Positions 1 to 13,549 of a stretch of DNA of 51,990 bases are shown one piece after another. Location of the stretch: assembly GCF_006345805.1 (NCBI RefSeq), contig NW_021834339.1:1-51990 (forward strand). The letters are read 5' to 3'. How positions within the stretch are numbered: position 1 is the stretch's first letter; the number at the start of each line of letters is the position of its first letter. This DNA comes from Octopus sinensis. Its lineage: Eukaryota. Below the pieces are notes generated by a model. It was given only the letters and a program-made list of their open reading frames with translations. It was not told the DNA's origin and ran no database searches. The position numbers and the translations under genes were made by a program.

Positions 1-560
1 GTTCGTAATAGCACTTTGACCCCACTCCAATCCTGTTCCTTCCCCCGTTGCCGCTGCTGCTGCTGCCCTTGACCCCAACTTTTGGTACCGTTCCTGTATC
101 TCTCTGTGTTTGTGTGTTCGCCCACGCTCTTGCCATCGTGGTAGTTGTTGTTGTTGCTACTGCTGCCGTTGTTGCTGTTGTCGATGTTGTTGTAGTCGTG
201 TGTAAAGTGACTCTATGTGTGTTTGTGTGTGTATATGAGTTCGCTTCCTACATTGTTTGTATCCATATCCTTTACACAGTTCTTTTTTGGTTTATCTATT
301 TCTGTTTCTTACATTTATCATAGATATGTGCATATCTGTCTATTGTGTGTGTACTACACTGTTTGTATCTGTTTTTTTCCCTCGCTTCTGTCTTTAGTCG
401 TCGTGTTGCATGGTGGTGGTGTTAGATGTTATTGCTGCATTCCTGTTTTCTGTTGAGGCTCCGTCTGTCTATTGCTATGTGTATAGCCTCTGTAATCTCT
501 CGAAGAATCGTATCAGTTCTAGATGTGGCGTGTGCATATTTGTTTTCCTTAAGATATATA

Positions 561-1306
561 TAGCAGCACTGACAAAAACGAAATTAGGTGAATACAAAGA
601 ACGTTAATACTCACGAGAGATATTGATGTTAGTGGCCGCAAGCTAAAGCCGGATCGGAAAAATAATTGGATAAATATATTTTAAAAATCATATATAATAA
701 GGGTGCTTTTTTAAAAGACACCAGCTTTGCTGAACATAGGAGCTAAAACTCTCTGAAGCCATTAATTTTTTTTCCAAGCATGCCTATGTAAATATAGTGT
801 TAATTTTTGTGGCTTCGGAGGGATTTAACTCCTATGTTCAGCAAAGCTGGTGTCTTTTTAAAAAGCACCTTTATTATATATGATTTTTTAAATATATTTA
901 TCCAATTATTTTGCCGATACGGCTTTAGCTTGCGGCCATTAACATCAATATCTCTCGTGATTATTAACGTTCTTTGTATTCCCCTAATTTCGCTTCTCTC
1001 AGAGCTGCTAGGCCACTGAAACGGACTCAGGCATTGGCTTAAGTGATAATCCAGTGTTTATTTTACGGTGGACTCGACTGAAGAGAATCAAGCGTGTCTT
1101 TTGGCGCTAAATTCGAAATCTTGATATCAAGTTAACTGGAATTCTTTTTTACATTTTTGCAGAGGTAAGAGGCAATTCTTTAATTCACTTAGATTTTTTT
1201 CCGACCATGTCTGTGTAAATATAGTGTTAATTTTTGTGGCTCGGAGGGTTTTAGCTCCTATGTTCAGCAAAGCTAGTGTCTTTTAAAAAAGTATCGTTAT
1301 TATATA
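561..1306. mobile_element. Penelope-like pseudo-LTR or retrozyme-like remnant (inverted arm plus partial tandem unit)
   Basis: 561-760 is a near reverse complement of 810-1010. 764-880 is directly repeated at about 1193-1306 (period 427). The hammerhead lies inside the unit. Confidence 0.6.
1071..1133 (+). ncRNA. Minimal type I hammerhead ribozyme motif
   Basis: Stem I gactcga(1071-77)/tcaagtt(1127-33), one mismatch and one GU. Core CTGAAGA 1078-84. Stem II gaat/attc plus agcg/cgct. GAAA 1115-18. Short stem III with CTTG loop. Cleavage triplet ATA 1124-26. Folded by eye. Confidence 0.75.
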
Positions 1307-1471
1307 TATATATATATAAATTTAAATTTAAAATTTGGGTGAGAAATTGGATATTAATTTACATCAATTTAACACCAGTGGTCTAGCATATTAAAATCTG
1401 AACGTTCAGTAAATTGTATTATATACATATGAGAGGGATGATTATGTACATATGAGAGGGATATATATATG

Positions 1472-1502
<31 letters not shown>

Positions 1503-1608
1503 GTAGGTATGTATATATATGTTCAACATGTGCAATTGTTAATCCAGTGCGTAAGTTCTAAACGTCAACCAAAAACTTTTTGCGTACAATTTTAAACTAT
1601 GTGTGTGT

Positions 1609-1691
<83 letters not shown>

Positions 1692-2825
1692 TGTTTGTTG
1701 TTGGTATCTGAGACCATTTCTTAACCCGAAAACAATTCCATCGTCGAAGAATCATTTAAACCATTTAAAAGCACACCAAGCCTTGTTATATTCACTTTCC
1801 GTTTATTTCTTAAAAGCACAGTTTATTATGAAGTGTTAAAAAGTTTCGTCGCACTTCAATAACTCTTCTTGCAGTCACAATGCCGCTGTATCAGGTTAGT
1901 GCGATAACAGGGTTATTTTATTCACAGACCCCAGCTTAAAAAAATCCTTATTATGTTATGTGGTCTCGAAATACAATAATGAAAATAATTGCATATGGTG
2001 GAAAAGTTAAGTAGGTCCTACTTAATGATTTAATGACGAGGTCCATGTCATAGTCTTCCCCTTCGAAGACCTTCCGCCGTTGGTGGAGCTGATGGACTTA
2101 ATGGTTCGGTTTGAATATGAAAACGTGAGAAGACATCCGGAGAAGAACCATTGGCAGGAAAATCCCATTGACAGAACCCCTATGAATGTTTCCCAACCTT
2201 CCTAACCATCCCCCTTTGGCGATAAGTGGAACCACCCAGCACCTACCCTTTCGAAATGTAAAGAAAAAGTGGTATGGTCCCACGGTTGTCTTGTAATCCT
2301 ACGCAGAAACAGCTGTAGCTTAATTTGAAGTTGTTTCTTATATATTAGAATGTGAATATGTTTCTTAAATATTCCGGCATCTCATGAAGTGAATATTACT
2401 GCCACCAGGGTGAGAAATGCAGCTCTATGTGGTCACTCCTCATGCTAGAAGTAACAGTCAAATCTTAAATATTACGCTACAGCATTTAATAAAATGAGAC
2501 GAGACATACTGGATATTGTAGTTTGAAATGAAGTATCGCAGAAAAGGCGGGAAGGTCACAGTTGGAAAACATGTCATCATAGGTCATGTGATGAGGTCTG
2601 GCATGTAGGAATACAATAACAACTATAACAAAAAAGGCAATCGTGATAGAAATTGCAGTTAAATGATGTTATGGGGAATTTTGTGCTGTAGCTATGGAGG
2701 AGAAAGGGTGTCTGTCTGTGTGTAGGCTTATGTTTATCTGTATATGTGAGCATGTGAATATGTATGTCTGTGTGTATATATGTACGTATGTTTATCTATG
2801 AATGTGAATGTATAAAATGGTATCG

Positions 2826-3031
2826 AATTTTGGCACAAGGCCAGGAGGTTGTGGGGAGGGGGAAGTCGATTAAATTGACCTCAGAATTCAGCAGGTACGT
2901 ATTTTATGGACGCTGAAAGGACGAAAAGCAAAGTCGACCTCGGCGGAATTTGAACTCAGAACGTAATGACAGACGAAATACCGCTAAGCATTTCGCCCAG
3001 GCGTGCTAACGTTTCTGCCAGCTCGCCGCCT
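2826..3031 (-). mobile_element. tRNA-derived SINE family A
   Basis: Head ggcggcgagctggcagaaacgttagcac with B-box gagttcaaattcc; many homologous copies in the window. Confidence 0.85.
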
Positions 3032-3982
3032 TCATATATGAATATAATGAAATACTTTTAATCTAGCTGTACGTAATTTGTTATATATACATTTATATAT
3101 CTATACATTGATACATAGATACTAAACAAGCGTCTGTGTGTGTATACATATATATACACGGCCCCCACATAAAATAATAAGCAGAAAACGTGCGTGGTAC
3201 TCAAAGCTTTATGGAACATACACGTATTTCATCAAAATGCTCAAACCCACAACTGAGTCCGGTGTTCGTTGCATGTACTTGACTCTGCTCCCTTTTGTTA
3301 TATATATATATATATGTGTGTGTGTATGTGTGTGTGTGTTTGTGATTGTGTGCGTGTTGGTGTGCATGTGTGTAAGAAACTTAAGCGATGTTGTTCTAAA
3401 TAAATTCTGAATTTATTGAACTTCTTTTAGACGGAGATGGCAATCAAAATCCGGTGAAAAGTGTGAGCAACGCTAGAGTAAAAAAATGGAGATAAATTTA
3501 AGATATTAGGAATAAATTTCTGAATGAATTAACATGTTTCGTAAAAACCCTTTATGATCTCCGTTTCGAGACAGGCACAACTATGGACACAGTGTTTCGA
3601 TATATGTTTGATGTCTTCAGATGTAAACAGTCCTATCTGGATCGGGTGTAGACAATTTTATGTATACAAAAAGAGTGTAATTTGCATAAAAACAAAAACA
3701 TGGTAAGGGAACATAACTCAACAAAGTGGGTGGGGTGGGGGGGGGGCTGTATGAATTTGTATAATTAAGTTATCGGCGAAATTATTCAAATTATTTCCTC
3801 TTAGGTCCCAATAGTTTCAGTTATATATACACACACCAGAAGATTGGCTCCGACAAACTGATTGGCCCAAGATACAGTACATGAAAAGAAAGTATTGATT
3901 GGTAAACCTTCTGATCCCCCAATGCATTAAGGGACTGGTATTGCTTTTGAGGAATGATAAAAGTTCCTTGATTCTGAGTTGA

Positions 3983-4015
<33 letters not shown>

Positions 4016-4244
4016 TGTATGTATGTATGTATGTATGTATGTATGTAGTATGTATGTATGTTATATATATATATAATTATATATATTATATATATAATAT
4101 ATATATATATATATATTCGAGCCAATAAGGATTATGGACATAAATATTACTGATATACATTGGCAAAATATAAAAGATTTTTATACATTGATATATACAT
4201 ATACATATATATACATATATACATACATAATACATACATACATA

Positions 4245-4301
<57 letters not shown>

Positions 4302-4619
4302 ATATATATGTATATATTTCATATGTATCTATTTGTATGTGTGTATGTAATGTATATTATATTTCCTAAATATGTGCGGTGTGTATATTATGTATACACA
4401 CTCACGAAATGTCATAAAATTGTTGAAGACTGTTCTATGTGATATTCAAAGTAGAAAACATGGACAGATGAGATGATTCAGTTGTGATGTCGGCGGCAGG
4501 CAAGCTGTTTATGGCCATCCAGAAGATACGCTATTCTTTGTCATACCGGGCTGGTACAAACGTTCACCGTCTAACTTCGCCGCTGGTCCCCTTAGGATCT
4601 ACAACAAAGACAGACAATA

Positions 4620-4695
<76 letters not shown>

Positions 4696-5249
4696 GAGTG
4701 AGAGAGCAGTTCATGCCATCAAGGTGACACTGGGGTAAAATATACGAAGCCCAATATACCCATCATGACCACCCGTCTGATAAAGGTACACCAGGCACAT
4801 GCATCACAACCATATGTGCGCGACATGGTGATTTCATATCAAGATAAACAACATGACCTTGCAGGTGGGGCCCAGTTAGAATTTTCTTCTCTTCAGGTTG
4901 ATAGCCATCCCGCTCAAACGGTCCCTGAATAAGGTTTGCTTAAGGATGTTGAAAGAACCCCCATGTTTCCAGAGGTGAACTATTCAAACCCCAAAGAATC
5001 CCTCTCAACACATGGCTATGATGCTCCCCCACTACTTCTGCTCGTGATCAGAGATGCACATATCGTCAGCCACTAAGGGACATGCTCAACTGGTTAAGGT
5101 CAAACAACTGACAAGCAAATCTGTGGTATTGAGCAGAATATTTGCTGTAGCCCATCTTTTATACCAAGACAAAACAATGTACATGATAACACTTCCAATC
5201 AGTTAAGATCAGAAGCCATGAGAGCCACTGTCTGGTACTGCATCAGGGC

Positions 5250-5250
<1 letters not shown>
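4696..5250 (-). mobile_element. ~555-bp (TAA)n-embedded non-autonomous retroelement, copy A
   Basis: Reverse complement of 9111-9664; flanked on both sides by (TTA)n. Confidence 0.8.
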
Positions 5251-5297
<47 letters not shown>

Positions 5298-5341
5298 TAT
5301 TATCATTATCATTATTATTATCATTATCATTATTATTATTA

Positions 5342-5402
<61 letters not shown>

Positions 5403-5645
5403 CATCATCATCATTATGTAACGACAAGAATAAGAAACCCAACTGCAGCAACGATCCTTCTAGCAATACCACGGCTGCCTCCGCAAACGCCCTCCCCCCA
5501 TGACCGCCACCAGTAAAACGGCAGTGACTACGTTCGACCACATATGTTTCAGAAGTGTTAACTACATTCGCATCAGCGATCAAATACGATTATATCTATA
5601 ATTAACATGGATGGGTTTGATCTAAGTTATTGATATAACCATGTG

Positions 5646-5702
5646 TGACCTCTGACGAGATCGGAGCAAAACGTTGAAACAGCTCGGCGCTCTGTGAGGT
5701 CA
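5646..5702 (+). ncRNA. Degenerate type I hammerhead-like motif (GUG at cleavage site)
   Basis: tgacct/aggtca stem I, CTGACGA 5652-58, GAAAC 5676-80, stem III ACAG/CTGT, weak stem II. Position 17 is G, which violates the NUH rule. Confidence 0.5.
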
Positions 5703-5877
5703 ACGTCCCCAACACACACACACACCACACACACACACACACATTTACGTTTGAATATGCATGTGTGTGTATATGTGTGTGTCTGCGTGTGTTTGTGTGT
5801 GTGTATATGTACGGAATGGGTTACAATTAGATCTTGTTTGAATGGAGGAATATTAGCATATGTGCAATTTTTTTTCC

Positions 5878-5924
<47 letters not shown>

Positions 5925-5952
5925 ATATATATATATATATATCTAGATATAT

Positions 5953-6028
<76 letters not shown>

Positions 6029-6079
6029 CTATCTATTTATCTATCTATCTATCTAAACGTATATATATATATCTGTCTG

Positions 6080-6158
<79 letters not shown>

Positions 6159-6317
6159 CTATCTATCTATCTATTTATCTATCTATCTATCTAAACGTAT
6201 ATTATATATATATATATATATATCTGTCTGTCTATCTATCTATCTATCTATCATCTCTATCTATTCTATCTATCTATCTATTATATCTATCTATTATTAT
6301 ATCTATCTATCTAAACG

Positions 6318-6350
<33 letters not shown>

Positions 6351-6475
6351 TTTATATATGTGTATTAGTTGGTACGTATTATATATACTAACATATGTGT
6401 AATATATGACACGGTGTTAACATTATTGTTCAACAGCTTCGGAATGTTCTTGCATGTGTTTGTCTGTATTTGCAA

Positions 6476-6536
<61 letters not shown>

Positions 6537-6550
6537 GTGTGTGTGTGTGT

Positions 6551-6626
<76 letters not shown>

Positions 6627-6837
6627 TATGTGTGTTTACGTGTATTACATACAGTTGTATGAACAGGTCTGTATGTGCGTATCTAGAAGTGTGTATGATA
6701 CTAAAAGTACGTTTATGAGAATTAAGTGAATATGTGTATGGATATGAAAGTGCATGTGTGTGTGTGTTTGTATATATTCAGATATATGTCTACACACACA
6801 CACATATATACACCTGCATATATAATGTCTACATGTA

Positions 6838-6889
<52 letters not shown>

Positions 6890-7070
6890 CACAAACATAC
6901 ATATATTCATGCATTCTGTCTGTCTATCTATCTATCTATCTATCTATCTATATGTATGGATGTATGTAGGAAGTACTCATTTATGTATACATGTGCATGT
7001 AAATCTTATATATACCTAGAGATATACATCTGATGCAACTATCTCTCTATACATGCACGCATGTACTCTG

Positions 7071-7168
<98 letters not shown>

Positions 7169-7673
7169 CATATGGTGTGTGTGTGTATAACGTTTCCAGT
7201 TGCCAAACCACGACGCCAAGTCGCGTTTAATCCTCCCAAGTTAACGGGATTTACGTCAAATCGTGTTAACTTTGACGATCTCCATTTATAATGTTAAATG
7301 GAGCTGAAACAACAACAACAACAACAATAATAATAATGATGTTAGCATCAACCAAAACATTGGTAAAGTAATGGAAGCAAAAAACAGAAGGGAAAATGAA
7401 AAATGAAACGAAGGAGGCGAATCGAAGTGAAACACTATCCAACTGCAAAATAATTTCATGCTTCAATGGCTTCAAATTTGAAAGATAATAATAATAATAA
7501 TAATAATAATATAATAATAATAATGATGATGATGATGATAATAATAATAATAATGGTAACGGCAGGAAGTGGAGGAAGAACAATACTAATCTGAAGACTT
7601 GTTTTATGGATAAAAGAATTGGAGAAATTATCCAGATATAAAGATCTGGAAAAAATAAATAATATGCGTGCGG

Positions 7674-7712
<39 letters not shown>

Positions 7713-7863
7713 GGGGGATAAGATGAAATCAAGAACGACCCTTCTCTTTCCTTACTACTACTACTACTACTACTCATATTATTGTTATTATTACAACATC
7801 AATAATAACAATAATGCAAAGGATAATAACAAGAATAACCACAGCAACAATAACAACAAGAAC

Positions 7864-7937
<74 letters not shown>

Positions 7938-8842
7938 CAAGAACAACAACAATAATAATAATAACAATAATAATCATTTGTTACAAAGAGATGTGGCGGC
8001 TTTGATAAATAAATGATGCGATGGGAGTAAGAAATAATTAAACACCCGACTTTTACATGCGGGTGTATTTATATATATATATGTGTGTGTGTGTGTATAC
8101 ATGGGTGTGTGTATACATGGGTGTGTGTATGTATGTATGTATGTTCTAGGGTGCACGCATGTATGTATGTGTGTATATATATATCTGTGTGTATGTTTGT
8201 ATGTATGTGTATGTGTGCGTGTATAAATACAGACACACTATCTAGCCATCACGCACACACACACACTCACACACACACGCACACACATGCGCGCACACAC
8301 ACACACACACACGCACACACACGCTCGCACACGCTCGCACGCGCACGCACACACACGGTGCTCCACTTTACGCCATTTTCTGTTGGACGAATCCCGAAGC
8401 TGTGAAAGACACAGACCAAAACACACCAATTGAAGACTAAAATGATTTCCCACTCGACTGCTACAATCACGGCCGTTTCCAAGAGGGGGGGGGGGCGAGG
8501 TTTTACTCGGTTAAATCTACCCCATTATGCAACTGGTACTATATTAAGTCAAGTAAGAAAAAGACGAAAGGTAAATCGGATTCGTTGGGTTTGCACGAAA
8601 TAAAAGCACTTGCCTCTATAAAATCTGAAACACCATTTTGTCATATAACATCTGTCTGTCTGATTGCCTGTCTGTCTGTCTGTCTGTCTGTCTATGTATG
8701 TGTGTATGTGTGTATGTATGTATGTATGTATGTATGTATGTATGTATGTATGTACATGTGTGTGTGTATCTATCTATCTATCTATCTACTTGTATATCTG
8801 ACACACAGGGATGAAAAGCGTTTATAATAATAATAATAATAA

Positions 8843-8881
<39 letters not shown>

Positions 8882-8901
8882 CAGTAGTAATAATAATGAT
8901 A

Positions 8902-8948
<47 letters not shown>

Positions 8949-8991
8949 AATAATAATAATAATGATAATGATGATGATGATGATGATGATG

Positions 8992-9035
<44 letters not shown>

Positions 9036-9048
9036 TATAAATAATATG

Positions 9049-9110
<62 letters not shown>

Positions 9111-9664
9111 TGCCCTGATGCAGTACCAGGCAGTGGCTCTCATGGCTTCTGATCTTAACTGATTGGAAGTGTTATCATGTACATTGTTTTGTCTTGGTAT
9201 AAAAGATGGGCTACAGCAAATATTCTGCTCAATACCACAGATTTGCTTGTCAGTTGTTTGACCGTAACCAGTTGAGCATGTCCCTTAGTGGCTGACGATA
9301 TGTGCATCTCTGATCATGAGCAGAAGTAGTGGGGGAGCATCATAGCCATGTGTTGAGAGGGATTCTTTGGGATTTGAATAGTTCACCTCTGGAACATGGG
9401 TGGTTCTTTCAACAATCCTTAAACAACCCTTATTCAGGGACCGTTTGAGCGGGATGGGCTACTCAACCTGAAGAAAATTCTAACTGGGCCCCACCTGCAA
9501 GGTCATGTGCTGTTTATCTTGATATGAGATCCCATGTCGCGCACATATGGTTGTGATGCATGTGCCTGGTGTACCTTTATCAGACGGGTAGTCATGATGG
9601 GTATATTGGGCTTCGTATATTTTACCCCAGTGTCACTTTGATGGCATGAACTGCTCTCTCACTC
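9111..9664 (+). mobile_element. (TAA)n-embedded element, copy B
   Basis: Starts tgccctgatgcagtacc and ends ctctctcactc followed by (AAT)n. Confidence 0.8.
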
Positions 9665-9746
9665 AATAATAATATAATAATAATAATGATGATGATGATG
9701 AGATGATGATGATAATAATATAATAATAGTAGTAATAATAATAATA

Positions 9747-10292
9747 ATGCAGTACCAGGCAGTGGCTCTCATGGCTTCTGATCTTAACTGATTGGAAGTG
9801 TTATCATGTACATTGTTTTGTCTTGGTATAAAAGATGGGCTACAGCAAATATTCTGCTCAATACCACAGATTTGCTTGCCAGTTGTTTGACCTTAACCAG
9901 TTGAGCATGTCCCTTAGTGGCTGACGATATGTGCATTCTGATCCGAGCAGAAGTAGTGGGGGAGCATCATAGCCATGTGTTGAGAAGGATTCTTTGGGTT
10001 TGAATAATTCACCTCTGGAAACATGGGTGTTTCGTTCAACGTCCTTAAACAACCCTTATTCAGGGACCTTTTGAGCGGGATGGGTTACTTGATCTGAAGA
10101 AAATTCTAACTGGGCTCCACCTGCAAGGTCATGTGCTGTTTATCTTGATATGAGATCACCATGTCGCGCACATATGGTTGTGATGCATGTGCCTGGTGTA
10201 CCTTTATCAGACGGGTATGTCATGATGGGTATACTGGGCTTCGTATATTTTACCCCAGTGTCACTTTGATGGCATGCTCTGCTCGCTCACTC
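9747..10292 (+). mobile_element. (TAA)n-embedded element, copy C
   Basis: Same family, a few nt shorter at the 5' end; tandem with copy B in the same microsatellite. Confidence 0.8.
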
Positions 10293-10428
10293 AATAATAA
10301 TATAATAATAATAATAATGATGATGATGATGATGATATAATAATAATAATAATAATAATGATGATGATGATAATAATAATAATAATAATAATAATAATAT
10401 AATAATGATAATAATAATGATGATGATG

Positions 10429-10461
<33 letters not shown>

Positions 10462-10581
10462 TAACAATAATAATATATAATAATATAATAATAATATTCA
10501 AACCAATAAAAGATGACTAGTTGAGAGCAAGGTGCTGAAAGTGGAGAGTTATGAAATGAAGGAAGAGTGAAAGTACTTTAC

Positions 10582-10719
10582 CTATGACTCGAACTCTGAT
10601 GTCTCGAGTTCGAAAGTCCCCCAAAGAGGGAACTTCTGATATACACGTGTAGATGGCAGCATCTTCAGCGGTCACGTTCAATATTCTGAGACCATTTCGT
10701 TCTTGAGCATAGGTGGGTC
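10582..10719 (-). CDS. Coding exon 5, copy b (identical duplicate)
   Basis: Identical by eye to 12852-12989 including splice sites; offset 2270 nt. May be a false assembly duplication. Confidence 0.7.
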
Positions 10720-10826
10720 CTGGATAGTTGGGGGGAGATAAGAGAAGAAAAATGATAAAATGTAACAGTGTAAGGATTGGACCATCACCACCAAAACCAC
10801 CACGACCACGACCACTACTACCACCG

Positions 10827-10882
<56 letters not shown>

Positions 10883-11352
10883 AGCAGCATTATTGTCGTC
10901 GTCTTACCTGTATAGACACACATATACACAAATATACACACGTATACTCACATATACATACATATACGGACCTATACAGACATACACACAGTTATACACA
11001 CATATACATTCAAATATACACACATATATACATTTATACATATATACATACATATATACACAAATAGCTGCAACATCAATAGACATACTGATCACAGAGT
11101 CTATCCTGGGATGTGTTTCATCGAGTATCGAGGTATAGCAGCTATCATGCCTTGGCCAAGTCCACCTTGTTCACCTCCGCTGTGAACCTATCGCGGTTTA
11201 TTGTTTAAGCTTACGTCGATTACTCTGTGGTTTTGTTTTGCATTTATAATAAAATGAAATATATATAAATTATAAAAATAATAATAATAATAATATAAAT
11301 TAATAATAATAATATAATAATAATGATAATAATAATAATAATAATAATAATA

Positions 11353-11389
<37 letters not shown>

Positions 11390-11936
11390 TGCCCTGATGC
11401 AGTATACAGGCAGTGGCTCTCATGGCTTCTGATCTTAACTGATTGGAAGTGTATCATGTACTGTTTGTCTGGTATAAAAGATGGGCTACAGCAAATATTC
11501 TGCTCAATACCACAGATTTGCTTGTCAGTTGTTTGACCGTAACCAGTTGAGCATGTCCCTTAGTGGCTGACGATATGTGCATCTCTGATCATGAGCAGAA
11601 GTAGTGGGGGAGCATCATAGCCATGTGTTGAGAGGGATTCTTTGGATTTGAATAGTTCACCTCTGGAAACATGGGTGGTTCTTTCAACATCCTTAAACAA
11701 CCCTTATTCAGGGACCGTTTGAGCGGGATGGGCTACTCAACCTGAAGAAAATTCTAACTGGCCCACCTGCAAGGTCATGTGCTGTTATCTTGATATGAGA
11801 TCACCTGTCGCGCACATATGGTTGGTGATGCATGTGCCTGGTGTACCTTTATCAGACGGGTAGTCATGATGGGTATATTGGGCTTCGTATATTTTACCCC
11901 AGTGTCACTTTGATGGCATGAACTGCTCTCTCACTC
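11390..11936 (+). mobile_element. (TAA)n-embedded element, copy D (duplicate of B)
   Basis: Part of the second unit of the tandem duplication. Confidence 0.75.
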
Positions 11937-12020
11937 AATAATAATAATAATAATAATAATGATGATGATGATGAGATGATGATGATAATAATAATAATAA
12001 TAGTAGTAATAATAATAATA

Positions 12021-12567
12021 ATGCAGTACCAGGCAGTGGCTCTCATGGCTTCTGATCTTAACTGATTGGAAGTGTTATCATGTACATTGTTTTGTCTTGG
12101 TATAAAAGATGGGCTACAGCAAATATTCTGCAATACCACAGATGCTTGCCAGTTGTTTGACCTTAACCAGTTGAGCATGTCCCTTAGTGGCTGACGATAT
12201 GTGCATCTCTGATCATGAGCAGAAGTAGTGGGGGAGCATCATAGCCATGTGTTGAGAAGGATTTTGGGGTTTGAATAATTCACCTCTGGAAACATGGGTG
12301 TTTCGTTCGTTCAACGTCCTTAAACAACCCTTATTCAGGGACCTTTTGAGCGGGATGGGTTACTTGATCTTGAAGAAAATTCTAACTGGGCTCCACCTGC
12401 AAGGTCATGTGCTGTTTATCTTGATATGAGATCACCATGTCGCGCACATATGGTTGTGATGCATGTGCCTGGTGTACCTTTATCAGACGGGTAGTCATGA
12501 TGGGTATACTGGGCTTCGTATATTTTACCCCAGTGTCACTTTGATGGCATGCTCTGCTCGCTCACTC
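12021..12567 (+). mobile_element. (TAA)n-embedded element, copy E (duplicate of C)
   Basis: Part of the second unit of the tandem duplication. Confidence 0.75.
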
Positions 12568-12646
12568 AATAATAATAATAATAATAATAATAATGATGAT
12601 GATGATGATGATAATAATAATAATAATAATAATAATGATGATGATG

Positions 12647-12683
<37 letters not shown>

Positions 12684-12703
12684 TAATAATAATGATGATG
12701 ATG

Positions 12704-12740
<37 letters not shown>

Positions 12741-12851
12741 TAATAATAATATAATAATAATAATAATTCAAACCAATAAAAGATGACTAGTTGAGAGCAA
12801 GGTGCTGAAAGTGGAGAGTTATGAAATGAAGGAAGAGTGAAAGTACTTTAC

Positions 12852-12989
12852 CTATGACTCGAACTCTGATGTCTCGAGTTCGAAAGTCCCCCAAAGAGGG
12901 AACTTCTGATATACACGTGTAGATGGCAGCATCTTCAGCGGTCACGTTCAATATTCTGAGACCATTTCGTTCTTGAGCATAGGTGGGTC
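12852..12989 (-). CDS. Coding exon 5, copy a: second half of Ig2
   Basis: Acceptor ctcccccaactatccag|GA and donor ATAG|GTAAAG; 138 nt, phase 1 to 1. (G)PTYAQERNGLRILNVTAEDAAIYTCISEVPSLGDFRTRDIRVRVI has the LxI..DAAIYTC motif. The ORF track shows this region only in another frame. Confidence 0.88.
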
Positions 12990-13103
12990 CTGGATAGTTG
13001 GGGGGAGATAAGAGAAGAAAAATGATAAAATGTAACAGTGTAAGGATTGGACCATCACCACCAAAACCACCACGACCACGACCACTACTACCACCGTCAT
13101 CAT

Positions 13104-13144
<41 letters not shown>

Positions 13145-13549
13145 GCAGCATTATTGTCGTCGTCTTACCTGTATAGACACACATATACACAAATATACAC
13201 ACGTATACTCACATATACATACATATACGGACCTATACAGACATACACACAGTTATACACACATATACATTCAAATATACACACATATATACATTATACA
13301 TATATACATACATATATCACAAATAGCTGCAACATCAATAGACATACTGATCACAGAGTCTATCCTGGGATGTGTTTCATCGAGTATCGAGGTATAGCAG
13401 CTATCATGCCTTGGCCAAGTCCACCTTGTTCACCTCCGCTGTGAACCTATCGCGGTTTATTGTTTAAGCTTACGTCGATTACTCTGTGGTTTTGTTTTGC
13501 ATTTATAATAAAATGAAATATATATAAATTATAAAAATAATAATAATAA

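Noticed and set aside
807-1019. 70-aa ORF in the inverted repeat
   Set aside because: Alternative start codon, no recognisable domain, lies within a repeat arm.
5834-7291. Many 60-185 aa IY/LSIY/CV ORFs, here and across the window (e.g. 41006-44360)
   Set aside because: Translations of (TA)n, (TATC)n and (GT)n microsatellites.
9290-9350. CTGACGA in the TAA-embedded element as a hammerhead core
   Set aside because: Followed by GAAG rather than GAAA, with no valid NUH or stem III.
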